From: Cyanophora paradoxa CCMP329
Lineage: Eukaryota; Plantae; Glaucophyta
Length of the DNA stretch: 64,000 nt
Direction of reading: 5' to 3'
NCBI GenBank assembly: GCA_004431415.1
Contig: QPMI01000091.1
Coordinates: 1-64,000, forward strand
This document shows positions 22,513-36,093 of this stretch, one piece after another. Numbering within the stretch: the stretch's first letter is position 1; every line of letters begins with the position of its first letter. A model generated the notes under the pieces. That model was not told where the DNA came from and did no database searches. It was given only the letters and a program-made list of their open reading frames with translations. A program made the translations under genes and the position numbers.

Positions 22513-24111
22513 TCACTTCCTGGTGACGCGGGTGACGCGCGTGGTGCGGCGGGGCTTCTCAGGGGAGGAGAGGGCGGCGTGGCTGCCGGCGGGGACCGCG
22601 CCCGCCTGCGCGCGTGCCGCCAAGTCAGAGGTGCGGAAGGCGGGGGCCGGGCGGGGCCGCGCGGGGCTTCAAGTGCCGACCTCCTCGCCCCGGGAGACGC
22701 GGGTGCGGCGTGGCTTGCCCGGGGAGAGGTGCGCGGCCAGGCCGCCGGCGAGGCACGCCTGCGCGCGCGCGGCTGGACGCGAGGCGGGGCGCGGGGCCGG
22801 GGCCGGACCTCGTCGACGGCCACCTCGTCCTCGCCCTCCAGGATGCGCGCCAGCACCTGCGCGCCGGCCGGCCCCCGCCCGTGAGCGCCGGAGAAATCGG
22901 ATCCCGCGCGGCCGCAGGCCCCGCGCGCGCCTGCTCGATGGGCATGCGCGCCTCCTCCCGCAGCGCCTCCAGCTCCGCCGCGTCCGCCTCCTCTGCGCCC
23001 CCGCCTCAGCCGGGCTTCAGCGCGTCGGCTCGGCGGCGGCGAGCGAGGGCGCACCCATCCGCGCATCCTCCTCCTCGCCCTCTTCCTCGTCCCCCGCCTC
23101 CACGCCCTTGCCGCCCTCAACCTCCTCCTCCTCCTCCTCCTCCTCCTCCTCGTCATCCTCGCCCTCCTCTTCATCCTCGTGCTCGGCGGCCGCGCCCTCG
23201 CCCGATCCCCCGTCCTCGTCCCCGCCCTCGCCGGCCCGCTCCTCGCGCTCCTCCTCGTCCATGGCGGCCTCGAAGCCCGCCTCGGCCTCCTCCTCCGCCT
23301 CGTCCTCCGTCGGGCGGAAGTCTGGGTCCTGCTCCTCGGTCTCCTCCTGCCGCCGCCTAAGCCCCTGCCCTCGGCGCGCCCCGCGCCCCGCGTAGCGCAC
23401 CGCCTCGGCCATAATAGTCTCCAGCGGCACGTCGAACACGAGGGAGCCGCCCCGGATCGCCCGCTCCAGGCCGTCCCCCGCCGGGTCGAGGTACCTGAGC
23501 GCGCATGCTCAGTGAGAACGCGCACGCGCGAGCCTGCAGCTGGCGCCGGCAGGAGGAACCCAAAGCACTTTTTCACGAGATCGTCCAGAGGCATAGCGGC
23601 CTCCTTCTTCAGCTCTTCAAGACCTGTGCAGATCGTGAGGCGGGTTAACGTTCATTGAACTCGAGGCGGCCGGGCGCACTCGCGTCCTCAATGTCCTCGT
23701 CCTCGTCGCCTTCCCCCTCGTCAAGATCGTCGAGGGCGTCCTCATCAAGCGCGTCCTCCGCGGTTTGATCGTCGTCTGCAGCGAGCTCCGCGTGTCCAAC
23801 GTCCTCGTCCGCCGCGTCCTCGTCCTCGTCCTCGTGAGACATGAGGTGAAGGATCCACGAAGGCCGCACGCAAAGGATCTGCGCGCGAGGAGGTAGCACC
23901 GCCGCTTCTAGCTCTTGCGGCCGCAGCTAATACGCGCGCATGCGGGCGCAAATGCGGCTCTGAAGCGCGTTTCCGCTAAGCCGCGGACCCGCTGCGCGTG
24001 CGTGAAGTTGGCGCGCTCAAGCGCGGCCGCCGACTCCGCCATCTTGCGCGTGTCCACCGTAGACTCCGCCGGCTGCGCCGCGGCGATCGCCTCGCTCGCG
24101 GAGGGCTCCAT
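22513..24111 (-). CDS. Highly acidic hypothetical protein with repeated EAxMP(L/I)xxL motifs (multi-exon)
   Basis: D/E tracts; ELKKEAAMPLDDLVK and ELEALREEARMPIEQVL; basic C-terminus RRTTRVTRVTRK*. Confidence 0.6.
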
Positions 24112-24211
24112 TTCCAGGCTCGGACAGCCTCGGAGGCCCTACAATCACTCGTACCCAGTTGCTACTGCTTCCCCCATTGACGTCTTGTCTACGTCGCTCG
24201 ATCGAGCTCGT

Positions 24212-24323
24212 GCAGGCCGCAGCTCTGCAGCTTCAGCGAGCCCACAGCGAGTGCGCTCGAGGCAAATAGCAGGTCGAAGCTCTGCAGCTTCAGCGAGCCC
24301 GCACCGAGTGTGCTCGAAGCAAG
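24212..24323. repeat. Imperfect 57-bp tandem duplication in a divergent promoter
   Basis: GCAGG..AGCTCTGCAGCTTCAGCGAGCCC..CGAGTG.GCTCGA.GCAA at 24212 and 24269. Confidence 0.8.
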
Positions 24324-24393
24324 CAGTCTCCCGCCGTCGAAGCCTGGCTCCTGCATTCCTGCATTGCTCCCACGCTGTTTTGCTCGCTCCAAC

Positions 24394-26497
24394 ATGACCA
24401 AGAGTGATGCTGAAGCGCGAGAAGAAGCGCGGAAGGAGAGGGAGCGAGAGGCGGCGCGGCGGTTCCGTCTGAAGAGAAAGGAACAGTTCCAGGGCCTGCA
24501 GGAAGAGAACAACGTGCGCCCCTGCGGCGGGGCGTGCCTTGCACATGGCTAACATCTGGCAGGAGCTGGCGGAGAAGAACGCCGCCCTGCAGCGCGAGAA
24601 TGACGCCCTGAAGCTGAAGGTCCAGCTGTTGGAGGCCGCAAAGAATCAGTGCATGGGCGAGGATCAAGGTGTTGTTTCTCTTCTCGTGCCGTTGCCGTCT
24701 CTCCTCACTTGGCCTGCCCGCTTGCGCAGGCCAGCTCGAACAAGCGAGGGCACAAGCAGTCGACGATCTAAAATCCATGTTTACAAGTATGCGTCTCGAT
24801 CAGCCGCCGCCCCCTAAGTTTGTCGAGGCAGAGGAGAAGGTCCGCCTGCGAAAAGCCGATCTCTTCTCTGGCTCACTGCGCGTGCAGGTTCACGCCGTCA
24901 AGCGGAAAGAAGGCATGCTGATGCGACGCTACATAATCGAGTTCCAGCGCGCGCTGCTCCCGGCTGCGCATATGGAGGTGAAGCTGCGGTTGCTAAAAGG
25001 GATTGCGGGCGTGGGAGATATCGTGGCGGAGACCGCGGTGGCGGATCTCGCGAACACGGTCAAGTTCACGTGCGTGCAAGTCCTTTTCTCGCTGTAGCGT
25101 TGTCGCTGATCTTCTCGGGATGGCAGGGACGAGCAGAAGTCGAAGATGAAGCAGCACATCGCGGAGCAGCTCTCGAAGATCGAGGCCGTCCTGCCTCGCT
25201 TGCAGGCGCTGAGAGAAATGATTTTGGAGTTAGAGAGCATCCGGTCCGCGTTTCCCTTTCCTCGCTCGGGCGAAGAGAACGTCGACTGATTTCACTTCCA
25301 GCCCTGCGATGGAGAAGAACCTCTGCGTCCTCTTTGGGCAGCAGGACGCGTTCTTTAGGGATACCTTCAACACCCAGCAGCGCGCTGCGCTGCTGGTCTG
25401 GACTGAGTCAAACATGCCGAATCTGGTCGCCCGGCTGGTGAGCGAGCCCGCCGGCCGCTGTCGTCGCTCCGCGCTCACAAAAGCCGATGCGCAGCTGGGC
25501 GACGCCACGGCCGAATTCCTCGAGCTCCTCCCGAAGCAGCGCGAAATGGCCAAGGTGCCTTGGCTGCGCCCGGGTGAGGCCCCGCTCGCTCTGATCCGCG
25601 CCTCAGCTCGCGATGTGCTCGGTGCCGTGCGGCGCCCCGCCCGCTTCGACCTTCAGCGGGGCGAGCCCGATGCTGGCACCAGGCGTGACGCTGCCCAGCC
25701 CGTACCCGAACATCTCCTTCTCGCCGTTTTCCGGCGCGGCGCCGGCCGCCCTGACCTCCTCCTCCTCGGCGGCGGTGGCGGCGGTGGTGGCGCAGCGTGG
25801 CCCCGCCCGGAGGGCGACGCGACCCAGCCCGGAGCCGCAGCGGCTGGCGCTGGCGCTGCCGTCGCCGGGGCCGGCGCCGGCGCTGGTGGGGGTGAAGCAG
25901 GAGGGCGCGGCGGCGCGGCCGGCGGGGGGCGCCGCGGGCGGGTCCTCGGCGAGCTCGTCGCTGGACCTGGACGTCCTGCAGCGGCTCGTGCGGGACGCTG
26001 TGGCGCGGGAGCTCGCCTCGCAGCTCCAGTCGAGCTCGGGCTCGGCCGCCGACCCGCCGCGCAGCAGCTCGAGCAGCAGCGCCGTCTCCACCGCCGACGG
26101 GGGCTCGCCCGGCGGGCCCCTCATCGCCCAGCTCGACCCCATGTCCCCGACCGCCCCGGCGCCGGCCCTCTTCGCGGCGCCCCACGCGCCCGGCGGCGGC
26201 TTCAGCGCGCGTCTCGGGCCCGACGCGTTCTCCCCCGGGAGCGCCGGCGGGTCGTCGCCGGCGGGGGCGGGGCAGGGCGGGGCGATGCTGGCGGGGGCGC
26301 CGCTGGCGCTGACGGAGGCGGACCTCGTGCTGCCCGACCTCGAGCTCGACCTCCGGGAGCTCGTCGACGATGAGCACCTCGACGCTTACTTCGCCGCCGC
26401 CTCCCCCGGCGGCGGCGGCGCCGCCCGCTCCGCCCCCGCCGGCCCCGGGAGCTCCTTCTCCGCCACCGCCGGCGACCCGTTCGCCTTCGGCCTGTAG
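24394..26497 (+). CDS. bZIP transcription factor-like protein (multi-exon)
   Basis: RKEREREAARRFRLKRKEQ basic region followed by a leucine heptad (LQEENNELAEKNAALQRENDALKLKVQLL); P/S/A-rich C-terminus with acidic tail. Confidence 0.8.
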
Positions 26498-26739
26498 ACT
26501 CCTCCTCCCTCCCTCCCTCCCCCTTCGTACCTGATGCTTCTTTCAACACTCCCTGGACAGTTTCCGCTCCGCTCGTTTCCTTTGACTGTACCATATCGTC
26601 TTCTTTCGAGCCGCGTGCCGCGCCTCAGCGCCGCCGCCTTGCAGTCGTTAAGTTTAAGCCCAGTGCCTCGGTAGAACAGTATTGTTATCGAAATAATGCA
26701 GGACCGGTTTTCAATGCGATCGTCGCCGGGGCGAGCTGG

Positions 26740-29700
26740 CTAGAAGCGGGCGACGAGGGGGAAGGAGAGCTCCTTGCCGGGGGCCCAGCGGCGCCCCTCG
26801 GCGTCCACGACGGTGGGGACGACGGAGACGGTGTAGTGCGAGGCGGCCTGCGGGTCGTGCCCGGGCCCGGCCCCGTGGTGCGCCCCCGCGGGGACGTTCA
26901 GCGCCGCCGAGAGGGCGAAGTACTCCGCCCCGCGCGGCCGCACTCTCAGCAGCGCGCTGTGCAGCACGGCGCCGGCGGGGGCGCCCTCGGGGGCCGCCGC
27001 GGCCGCGGACGGGCCCCGCGGGGGCTCCGAGAGCCGCAGGGCGACCTCGACGAGTGCGGCGCGGCGGCCGCGGGGCGGGGCGTGGGCGAGGCGCCCCGCG
27101 ACGTGGAGCAGCAGCGCCGTGCCCGGCTTCGCGAGGACGTACTCCGCCGGCGGGCGCGGCGAGGGCGTCAGGTGCAGCTGCACGAAGGGCGCGGGGCGGC
27201 CCGAGAGGAAGTAGGGGGGTACGGGCAGGCGGGAGCGGAGGGGCGAGGCGAGGGCGGCGGCGAGGGCGGCGGGGGACTCGGGGGCGGCGGCGCGCAGGCG
27301 GTCGTAATCGGCGCCGGTGGCGTCGATGGCGCGCAGCGTCTGCGGGTCGGCCGCGAAGCAGCGCGACCGCAGCGCCTCGCACTGCTCCGCCAGGTCCGAC
27401 GCGGGGCGCGCGCCCGGGGCCGCCTCGGTCTGCGCCCAGAGGGCCGTCCGCAGGGCGAGGTACGCGTGCTGGAACCAGAGGGCGCCGGGCGAGGGGGCCG
27501 CCTGCCGCGCGGCGTCAGTCAGAGGCGACGCTGCGCGGGGGCCGCGGGGGTGCGCGCGCCCGCTTGAGGTGGCCGGCGGCGCGGCGGAAGTGGCGCAGGC
27601 GGCGGGCGGCGTCGGCGGTCGCCTCGGCGCCGGGCGGGCCGTCCGCCTCGGCGGCGCAGAGGGCGCCCAGCGCGGCGACGAACTCGGCCGGCCTGCTGCC
27701 CGTGTCGGGCCCCGGGCTCAGCGCATCGAAGGCGGCGGCGGCCGCGGCGAGGAGGCCCCGCCGCGCGCAGAGGCACGCCGCGCGGTACGCCGTCCACCGC
27801 CGCGCCAGCGCCGCCCTCGCCAGCGACTCGCGCAGCGCCGCCTCGAGCGGCCCCGCCGCCGCCGCCTCCGACGCCGCCGCCGCCTCACACAGCAGCGCGT
27901 AAGCGGCGAACTGGCGCCGGTGTGAAGGGCGGCGGCGAGGGCGGGAGGCGGGGCGGGGCGCGCACGGCAAACCCGTCGTTGTCGGCGGTCTCCGCTGTGG
28001 CGAGGAGGGCGTCCGCGCGGGCCGCTGCCGCCTCGCGCGCCGCGGCGCCGCCTGCCGCCCGCACACAGGCTGCCACGCAGCGCAGCACGCCCGCGGAGCC
28101 CGCCCCTGCGCGCCGGCGTCAGCGGCAGAGCGGGGTTGGAGATTGACAGCAGAGCGCGCACCGCGGCTCTCGAGGGCTGGGGTGATTAGTTCGGCGGCGG
28201 CGCGGGCGGCGGGAGCGGGGCAGGGCCCGGCAGCGACGGCGGCCAGGATGCGGGCCGCGCAGGGGAGCGACCCGTCCCTCTCTGGGGGCGCGCCGGCGGG
28301 GCCGCGTCAGCGGGGCCTGCGGGCGGGGCGAGGAGGAGGCTGCGCACCGGCCTCGGGGTCGTGCAGGGCCCTCCTGCAGAGGCCGCCGGCGACCGCTGCA
28401 GCCTGCTCCGCCACCGCGGGGTCGATGTCTGCCGGCGGGCGCGAGGTGAGCGGGGGCGACGAGGGGCGCGTGGAAGGGAGGCAGACCGGGGGAGAGGGAG
28501 GAGAGGAGGCGGGCGAGGGCGGCGGAGCAGTCGGCGGGGTGGGCGGCGGCGTGCGGGGCGCAGGCGGCGACCAGGTCGGGGGCGGGGCGGGGCGGGGCGG
28601 GGGCGCCGAGCTCGGGCGGGGGGCAGAGGAGCTCGGGGCGGGCGTCGGCGACGACGCGGAGGGCGCGGCGGGCGACGGCCGGCGGCGCGTCGGGCTCGCG
28701 CAGGATGGCGGAGAGGCGGGGCAGGGCGCGGGGCGCCGGGGCGGCGAGGGGCCGGGCGCCCCCGGCGGCGAGCTCGGCGAGGGCCTCGAGGGCGGCGCAG
28801 CGGAGGTGGGGGCGGGGGTCGGCCTCGGCGAGGGAGAGGAGGAGGAGGACGTGGCCCTCGAGGGGCGCGACGGCCTCCAGGGCGAGGTGCGTCATCGCGC
28901 CCAGCACGACGGGCGCCAGCTCCGGCTCGGCGAACGCGTGCATCATCTGCCGCAGCAGGTCGTACGCCTGCGCCGCGGGGGCGTCGGAGACCGGCGCGGC
29001 TGCCGCGGGGCGGGGCGGGGCGGACTCGGTCGACGGTCTTGGGGTCGGAGAGCATGTGCTGCAGAAGCGGGATGAGCTCCCTCCGCAGCCACGGCGGCCC
29101 GTCCGCGTCTGCAGGGGCGTCGGTCCTCGGCGATCGGCGGGGACGCTACGGGGCCGGGCGAGGGGGCGGCCGCACTGGCGAGGAGGGCGGCGACGGCCTC
29201 GAGGGAGGAGCGGGCGAAGGCGGCCGAGATCGCGCAGAGGCGGTGCGCGGCCGCGATCGCCCCGCGCGCCTCCACCTCCCCCTCGGGCGTCCACAGCTCC
29301 GCGTGCCGAATCCCCAGCAGCGCGTCGTGCACCCTGCGGGGGCCTGCGTTGGCCGGCCGCGCTCGCGGACGCGGGGCACGCCGACCTGTGCTGGATCTCG
29401 ACGCGCTTAATCACGTTCGGGGCCATGCACGCCAGCGCTCGCAGCGCGACGCCTCGCGCTACGGGGCTCGTGTCCTGCAGCACCGTGACGACGCGCTTGA
29501 TCAGCTGATCCGCGTTCGACGCCCGGTTCAGCTGCGCTTCGCATCGCTTGAACACCGCGACGACAGCGTTACGCGCAAGGTTGTTGTTGCTGCGTGGCGC
29601 GCGGCCGGGTTAGCGGCGAAGTGCGACGGGAGGGCGGTGCGGCGGACCACGACCAGAAGAAGTCCGCGAGCTTGAGGAACGCGGTATTGATCACGACGGG

Positions 29701-29823
29701 AAGCGGACGGCTCTCGATGAACTGCCCAGCCTGCAGGACCGCGTCGATCTGGGCCTGCAGCGACGGCGCGCGGAGGCCGGCTTCAAGCTGGACCAGCATG
29801 CGCGATCCATCCTTCGTCGCCAT
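26740..29823 (-). CDS. INTS7: Integrator complex subunit 7 (multi-exon)
   Basis: LVQLEAGLRA...PLPVVINTAFLKLADFF..NN..R...SPVARGVALRALACMA matches the INTS7 N-terminus; HEAT-like helices follow. Confidence 0.85.
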
Positions 29824-31253
29824 GCCAGTCCGCCGCCGCTGGGGCGCCGCACTTGCTTTCCTCTTTTTTGCAGGGGGGGAGAGACGGCGAGGGGGTATTC
29901 TCGTTAAGTGCAGTGAAGCTTCACAGCTGCCTCCCGGCGCCCGCGATTCCCGGCGCATACTCGTCCTGCGCCACTCGATCCGCATCTCCACACAGCAGCA
30001 AAGCTTTAACGCAGTTGGCACCGCGCTTCCCTTCCAGCGGATCGGAGCTTGCCAGTGTTGCCACATCACGTCTACTCGACCACTCGAGTGCCATGAGCAC
30101 AGCTCCGAGCGTCCCCTCGTCGAGGCCGGTCTATTCGGCTTCCGCCTTACAGCGAGCGATGTCGCCCTCCAAGCGGCAAAACCTCAACACCTTCGTGCTG
30201 AAGAAGAGCAGCATCAACCAACTCGGTGCGATGCGCGTAATCAGAACGCCGAACCCAGCTACGTTGCATCGACCGAACGCTTTTAAGGCGCGTACATCGC
30301 GCTCGAAACGGCCCCTCCGGCGCGGCGCTTATCTGCAGCGCCGCAGTCGTACCACGACTCGCTCCACGGGCCTGTCCCGGAACTCCCTCGAATTATCCCG
30401 AAGCGCGAGCCACTCTTTTACTCGACACAACAATTCAAACAACTGGACCCGCGGTTGCACCAGGTCTGCGCCGCCGCCATCCTGCTAGCCCTCATGCCAG
30501 AGGCCGCTCGCCATGTTCTCTAGCGACATGGATTCCTAGCTCAGCAGCCGCTGGGCTCGTGGATTCCTAGCTTACCGTGAATTTTTCTCTGCGCTTGCAT
30601 TGGCCCCCTGCCGCCGCCGCCGTCCCCGCTGCGTCGTCTGACCAACGCCATGGCGCAGACGCGGAGCTCAAAATATCTGAACGACTTGCATCGGGAACGC
30701 TACCTCGGCTGGTAGTAGGCAGCGTAGGCAGGCAGGTCCTGAGGATCAGAGAGCCAGGCGAAGCCGTAGAGCAGACAGCGTCAGATCGGAGAGCAACCTA
30801 GCAGAAGAGAAGGAAGATCTAGAGACAGTGTAATGAAATGGCCCAGTGGAGCGCAAATGTTTTTGAAGAAAGGTCGCAATTGCCAATTTGCAAATTAACG
30901 GTGCCACGGCTAGCGCTCATGATCAGCGAATATGATGTGCTCCGAGGCTCCCCGGGCCCCGGGGCCCCTCTAATCATGAATTCCGTCGACGTGCCCGAGT
31001 TCCGAAGTCCAGCCTGGCAGCTGCAGTTCTCCGAGTCGACCCTTCAGGCCCTGAGGCTTCGATTTCGAGAACACTGAACATTCAATGACTCTCGCCCAAC
31101 CGTGTTGAACGTTAACGGCCGGGCCCCGGGCCCCGCCCCGATCTGCATCAGGGCAGCCCTCAGGGCCTGGCAGCCTGAAAGGAGTTGCTTCGAAGCTCGC
31201 ACGTTTCGAAAACAAGTTCGACTCGGCGACGCAAGCGTTCACGTGAAGAGCGC

Positions 31254-34200
31254 CTACTTCTTAGCGGCGGGCTTGGCCGGGGCGGCGGCCTTGGCGGCGG
31301 CGGCGGGGGCCGGGGCGGCGGCGCCGCCGGGGGCCGGCTTGGCGCGGCCGTCGGGGATGGCGATGAGGACGATGGGGCGGGAGTCGCGGACGAAGACGGA
31401 GTCGCAGATGAAGAAGCCCTTGCGCTCGAGCTGGATGATCTCGCCCTTCTGGACGTTGCGGAGGTCGGGCATGCCGACGGCCTCCGACTCGGCGACCGAC
31501 TTGGGGTTGAGGAAGTCCTCAAAGTTGTCCTCCTCCTCGATCTTCTTCTTCGTGATCAAAAAGTCGAAGTCCTGCAGCTTCACCGGCACCAGGTCCCCCG
31601 CAGGCGTCTGCGCACCAGTCAGGAAACCATTGAGCCCTCCGCCCCGCCGGCCAGCCGGCCGGCGCGCACGTTGGCGAGCCAGGTGAGCTTCTTCTCGGTC
31701 TTCTTGAAGTCGCCCTCGAGGTGGAGGCGGCCGGAGAGGCGGACGACCTTGCCGGCGGCGTCCCGCTCGATCTTGTCGACGAAGGCGTTGCCCCAGTCCA
31801 TGAGCGTCACCTCCTCGCCCTCCTTCACCGCCCCCGCGTCCTCCGGGTCCAGCAGCACCTGCCGGAGCGGCAGAACGGTTCGTCAGAGGGGAGCGGTCGC
31901 CAGGCGGCGGCGGGGGAGGGTTCGTTCACCTCGCGGTAGAACTCGACGGTCTTGGTGCCGAGGTCGGCGTTCTTCTTGTGCCGGGGGAGGGCCCGCGCCT
32001 CGGGCCGCTCGGGGCCCCCGGCGAGGGCGAAGGGCACCGCGCCCTTGCCCAGCGCCGTGTACCGCGGCGCGATCGGGTCGATCATCTGCCCCCGCCCTCA
32101 GCCGCCGCCCTCCCAAGCCCGAGATCTAAGGGGCGGGGGCAGTGGGGCGCGCGCCTTCTTGTTGATGGTCCAGAGCTTGTCCCACTCCATGAGGTTCAGC
32201 GCCTTGCTGGCGCCCTGGCTCAGGATGAACTCCCGCAGGGCCTCCACCAGCAGGCCCCGCCGCATGATCCCTGCCCCGCCGCCCTCAGCCCCGCCTGCGC
32301 CCGCCTGGGAGGGGAGGGGGGTGGCGGACCCTGGACGGTGGGGAAGCGGGGGTCGTCCCAGCCGGCGACGCGGCCCTTGTCCACGAACCACTGCAGCTTC
32401 CGCTTCGAGAGGAGCGTGTAGACGAAGTTCATCCGGCTGCGCCGCGTCATCGCGGCGGCGGCGCGGCGGGGCGGCGGGGCGGCGGAGGGCGGGGGCAGGG
32501 GCGGGCCTGTAGTCCCAGATGTGCGGCTTGCGGAGCCCCATCGCGTCGATGAACTGGTGGGGAGGTGAGCGGGGCGGCGCCAGGAGGGGGCGGGCGGGGC
32601 GGGGCGGGGAGGGTGGACCCAGTAGTACTGGTCGTTGCGGTCGTGGTATTCGGAGGTGCGCATGGCGTGCGTGACGCCCTCGACGCTGTCCACGATCGGG
32701 CACGCGAAGTCGTACGTCGGGTAGCACTTCCACTTCGCCCTGCGCCCCCGCCCGGGTGAGTGCGAGCGAGGCCGAGGCGAGCCGCGCGGGGCCGGGCGGG
32801 CCCTGTGCGGTGGTGCGGGGTGAGGTTGCAGCGGTACATGATCGGGTCCCGCAGCGCCTTGTTCTTCGCCTGCATGTCGATCTTCGCCCGCACGCAGCAC
32901 TGCTGCCCCTGCGTCGCCCCGCTCTCAGCGGGGCGGGGCGGGGCGGGGCGGGGCGGGGCGGGCGGGGCGGGGCGGGGCGGGGCGGGGCGGGGCGGGGCGC
33001 ACCCGCTCCGAGCCGGCGAGCATCTCCTTCCACAGCTTCAGGCTCTCCTCCACCGGCGCCGACCTGCCCCCGCCCTTTTCAGCACATCTGAGCCCCGTGG
33101 GCGCCACCCCCCGCTGCCGACGCCGCAGCCGCCGCCCGCCGCCTGCCGGCCGCACCGCGCCGCCGCCTCAATGCCCTTCATGCGCTCGTCGCGGAGCTGT
33201 GGAAAGCGAGGCGTAGCGTTAGGGTTGGGCGGGTCGGAGCGCGATGCGAGGCGGGCGGGATGGCGAGCCTTCTCAACGGGCGTGTCGTCGACGTAGGCCT
33301 TGCCCTCCCTGCGGAGGCTCAGCCGCGGGCAAAGAGCGGGCGGGGGCGGCGGGCGCACTTGATCATCCTCTCGCAGAGCTCGGCGCACTTGTCGAAGTAG
33401 TCCGACGTGTGCGTCGTCTGGCGGCCGGCGGTGAGCAGCCGGGCGGGGCCGGGCGGGGGGGCGGGGGGTGCGGGGGGCAGGCCGGGGAGGGCGCGCACGA
33501 CGTCGGGCTTGATCTGGAGGGTGGCGAGGTCAGCGATGATGTTCTCCACGAACTCGTCCTTCTCCTTGCTCGGGTTCGTGTCGTCGAAGCGCAGGATCAG
33601 CTTCCCCTTGTACCGCCGCGCGAAGTAGTCGTTCAGCAGCGCCGCCTTCGCGTGCCCGATGTGCAGGTACCCCGACGGCTCCGGCGGGAAGCGCGTGACG
33701 ACGTTCCCCTCCGCCGCCCCGGGCAGGTCGATCTCGAAGGAGCCCGTCGACTGGCCCGTCTTCTGCGGCGGGGGTGAGGGAGCCCCCGCGGGGAGCGAGG
33801 GGGCGCCGGGGCCGGGGACCTTCGCGTCCGCTGCGGCGGCCTCCTTGCCGCCCGCCGGGGCCGGAGACGGCGCGGCGCCCTTCTTGCCCGCCCCGTCGGC
33901 GGCGGCGGGGCCGCGCCGGCGCCCGCGGCCGCGGCGGCCACGCCGGCGCCGACGGCCTGGAGGCCGGCCTTCGTGGCCGGGAGCCCCTCGATGTAGGCGA
34001 GCCAGCGGGCGAGGTGAGGCGCCTTGCCCGAGGCCTTCGCCGCCTCAAGCCCGGCGTGGCCTGCGCGCAACGCCGCTCAGCCGCGCCGGGCGGTAGCTAG
34101 GCGCGCCGCGCGCACCGCGGATGGCGGCGAACACCGCGAGGTCGGCCAGCGTGAGCGAGTGGCCGACGACGAAGGCCTTGAGGGTTAGGTGCGAGTCGAT

Positions 34201-34681
34201 GCGCGCCAGCGCGTCCTCTGCGCCGACGATTTCGCGGTCGACCAGCTCGATCCACATATCGACCTGTGCCGCCGCTCACTCTTTGCAGAACTGTGCCGCA
34301 GGTGCCGCAGAAATCACCTCGCTCGCGAGCACGGGGTCTGCGGAGCTGCCGTAGAGCCTCGCCGACGGGAAAGCGCGCGCAAAGTAGCGCGCCGTCGCGA
34401 GGTCGCCACGCAGCACGTCCCTGCGGCGACCGGCGTGCGGCGGTTGGCAAGGTGTCGCGCTAGCCGGGGCGGGGCGGAGCGAACCCGGAAGGAAGCCGAA
34501 CCTCGGCGCAGGACACCGGCGACGGGGCGAACTGCACGCTGGCTCCCGACAGATTCGCCGCGATGGCCAGAACCACAGGCGGCGACGCCTTGCTGTAAAG
34601 AATCATCGTCTGCGGGGCGGGGCTCAAAACGGTAGAGCAAGAAACCTCGCAGGCGAGCGCGGGGACCTTTTTCGTCGCCAT
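31254..34681 (-). CDS. GluRS: Cytosolic glutamyl-tRNA synthetase with N-terminal GST-like domain (multi-exon)
   Basis: [64 protein letters not shown]. Confidence 0.96.
32929..33000 (+). repeat. (GGGGC)n pentamer tract inside a GluRS intron
   Basis: Read directly. Confidence 0.85.
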
Positions 34682-34839
34682 TGCGGCGCCTCCTCTCCGC
34701 GTCGATCCGACTGAGACGCGTACCCCTGTCGGTCCCCCAATTCGGCGCCAAATCCACGCAGGCGCCGCTGATGCGCCGCTAGAAACAAGAGAACAAGAAG
34801 CTGCGAAAACGGCGCCCCACCGCCGGGGCGCCGCGCGGG

Positions 34840-36018
34840 ATGGTCAGATGGTGCGCTTCGATTCCATCCCGCGAGCCGTTCGGCGCTCACGCGCGAGAGC
34901 AGCATCTTCCGGTGGAAAGCCTCGAGCAACAAAATGGCGGCCGATGAGATCCAGGCGCGGCTGCGGTTCCTGCGGTGCGCTCCCGAGCCACGCCGCCGAG
35001 CGCCCGCGTGGCTCCGGCCATAGCTAAGCGCTTCCGTGCGCTCGGCAGGTTCAGGCAGGTGCGTCCGCAGGGCAGGTGGCGAACGTCCGTGATGCTCTAC
35101 CTGCGAAAGCAGGCGCCCGTCGCGTCGGGTTCGAGAGAGCCGTGCTGCTTCGCCCTGCGGCCGCTAGCTCACGGGGCGCGGCAGCTGGCGCGTCGATGCT
35201 GCCATCGCCGCTCGGGACGGACCCGAACATGGTGAAGGAGCTCTACGTGATTGTGCAAGCAGAGAACCCGCAAAACGTGCACGTCGTGTACGGTGGGGAC
35301 GCCATCGCGCAGCACATCGTGCTCGAGGCATCCCGCGAGATGCTCGTGCGCCGCGCCGGCCCTCGCATCCGCCCTCGCCGCCGCCGCCGCCCACGCCGCT
35401 GCACGACGGAACGCAGAGCTTCATTGAGAGCACGAACCTCTTCCAAGCGAAGGCGCACCTCGAGATGGAGGCGGGCCGCCCCGCCACGCCCCGCCCCACG
35501 CTGGCGCGGCGGCTGAGCGGGGCGGGCAGGGGCTGGCGTTCACACACGGGGACTTCACGCTGCGGTTTGGGGCGATCCAGATCAACAAGGTGCACCGGGG
35601 GATGGTGCTCGAGCTGGACTACGCCGGCTGCACGGGGGCCGGCGAGGGCCAGGCCATCCTCGACGAGATGGTCGAGATGCTCGGCGGCACCGCCTCCTAC
35701 GCCGACGTCAAGAACTACGTCGCCGCCCGCGCCGCCGCCGCCCGCTCCGCCGCCTCCACCCCGGCCGCCATCGCCGCCTCCGTCGCCGCCGCCACGGCCG
35801 CCGGGCATCCGCCGAATCCCGGGGTGCCCCCGCAGGCGCCGCCGATGTTCCCGATGCCGCCGGAGCTCGGGGACGTGTGGGACGGCTCGCACACGGCGTA
35901 CATGTACGTCTCCTTCTTCCGCTGCCTGCTCCAGAGCCAGCAGGCCGCCCAGGCGGGGCAGCACGCCCAGGCCAGCGCCCTCCAGCAGGCCCAGCAGCGC
36001 GCCTCCGCCGTCGCCCAG

Positions 36019-36055
<37 letters not shown>

Positions 36056-36093
36056 GCGGGGGGGCCCTCCCCAGCCTCACCCTCCAGAGCTAG
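34840..36093 (+). CDS. MED20: Mediator subunit 20-like protein (multi-exon)
   Basis: EGLAFTHGDFTLRFG...RGMVLELDY and SHTAYMYVSFF resemble the Med20 G-Y-GDFxIRVG...GIxVExEY and HTAxQY motifs. Confidence 0.7.

Noticed and set aside
29853-30488. Possible gene divergent from INTS7
   Set aside because: No recognisable motif or clear exon structure; cannot be supported without transcripts
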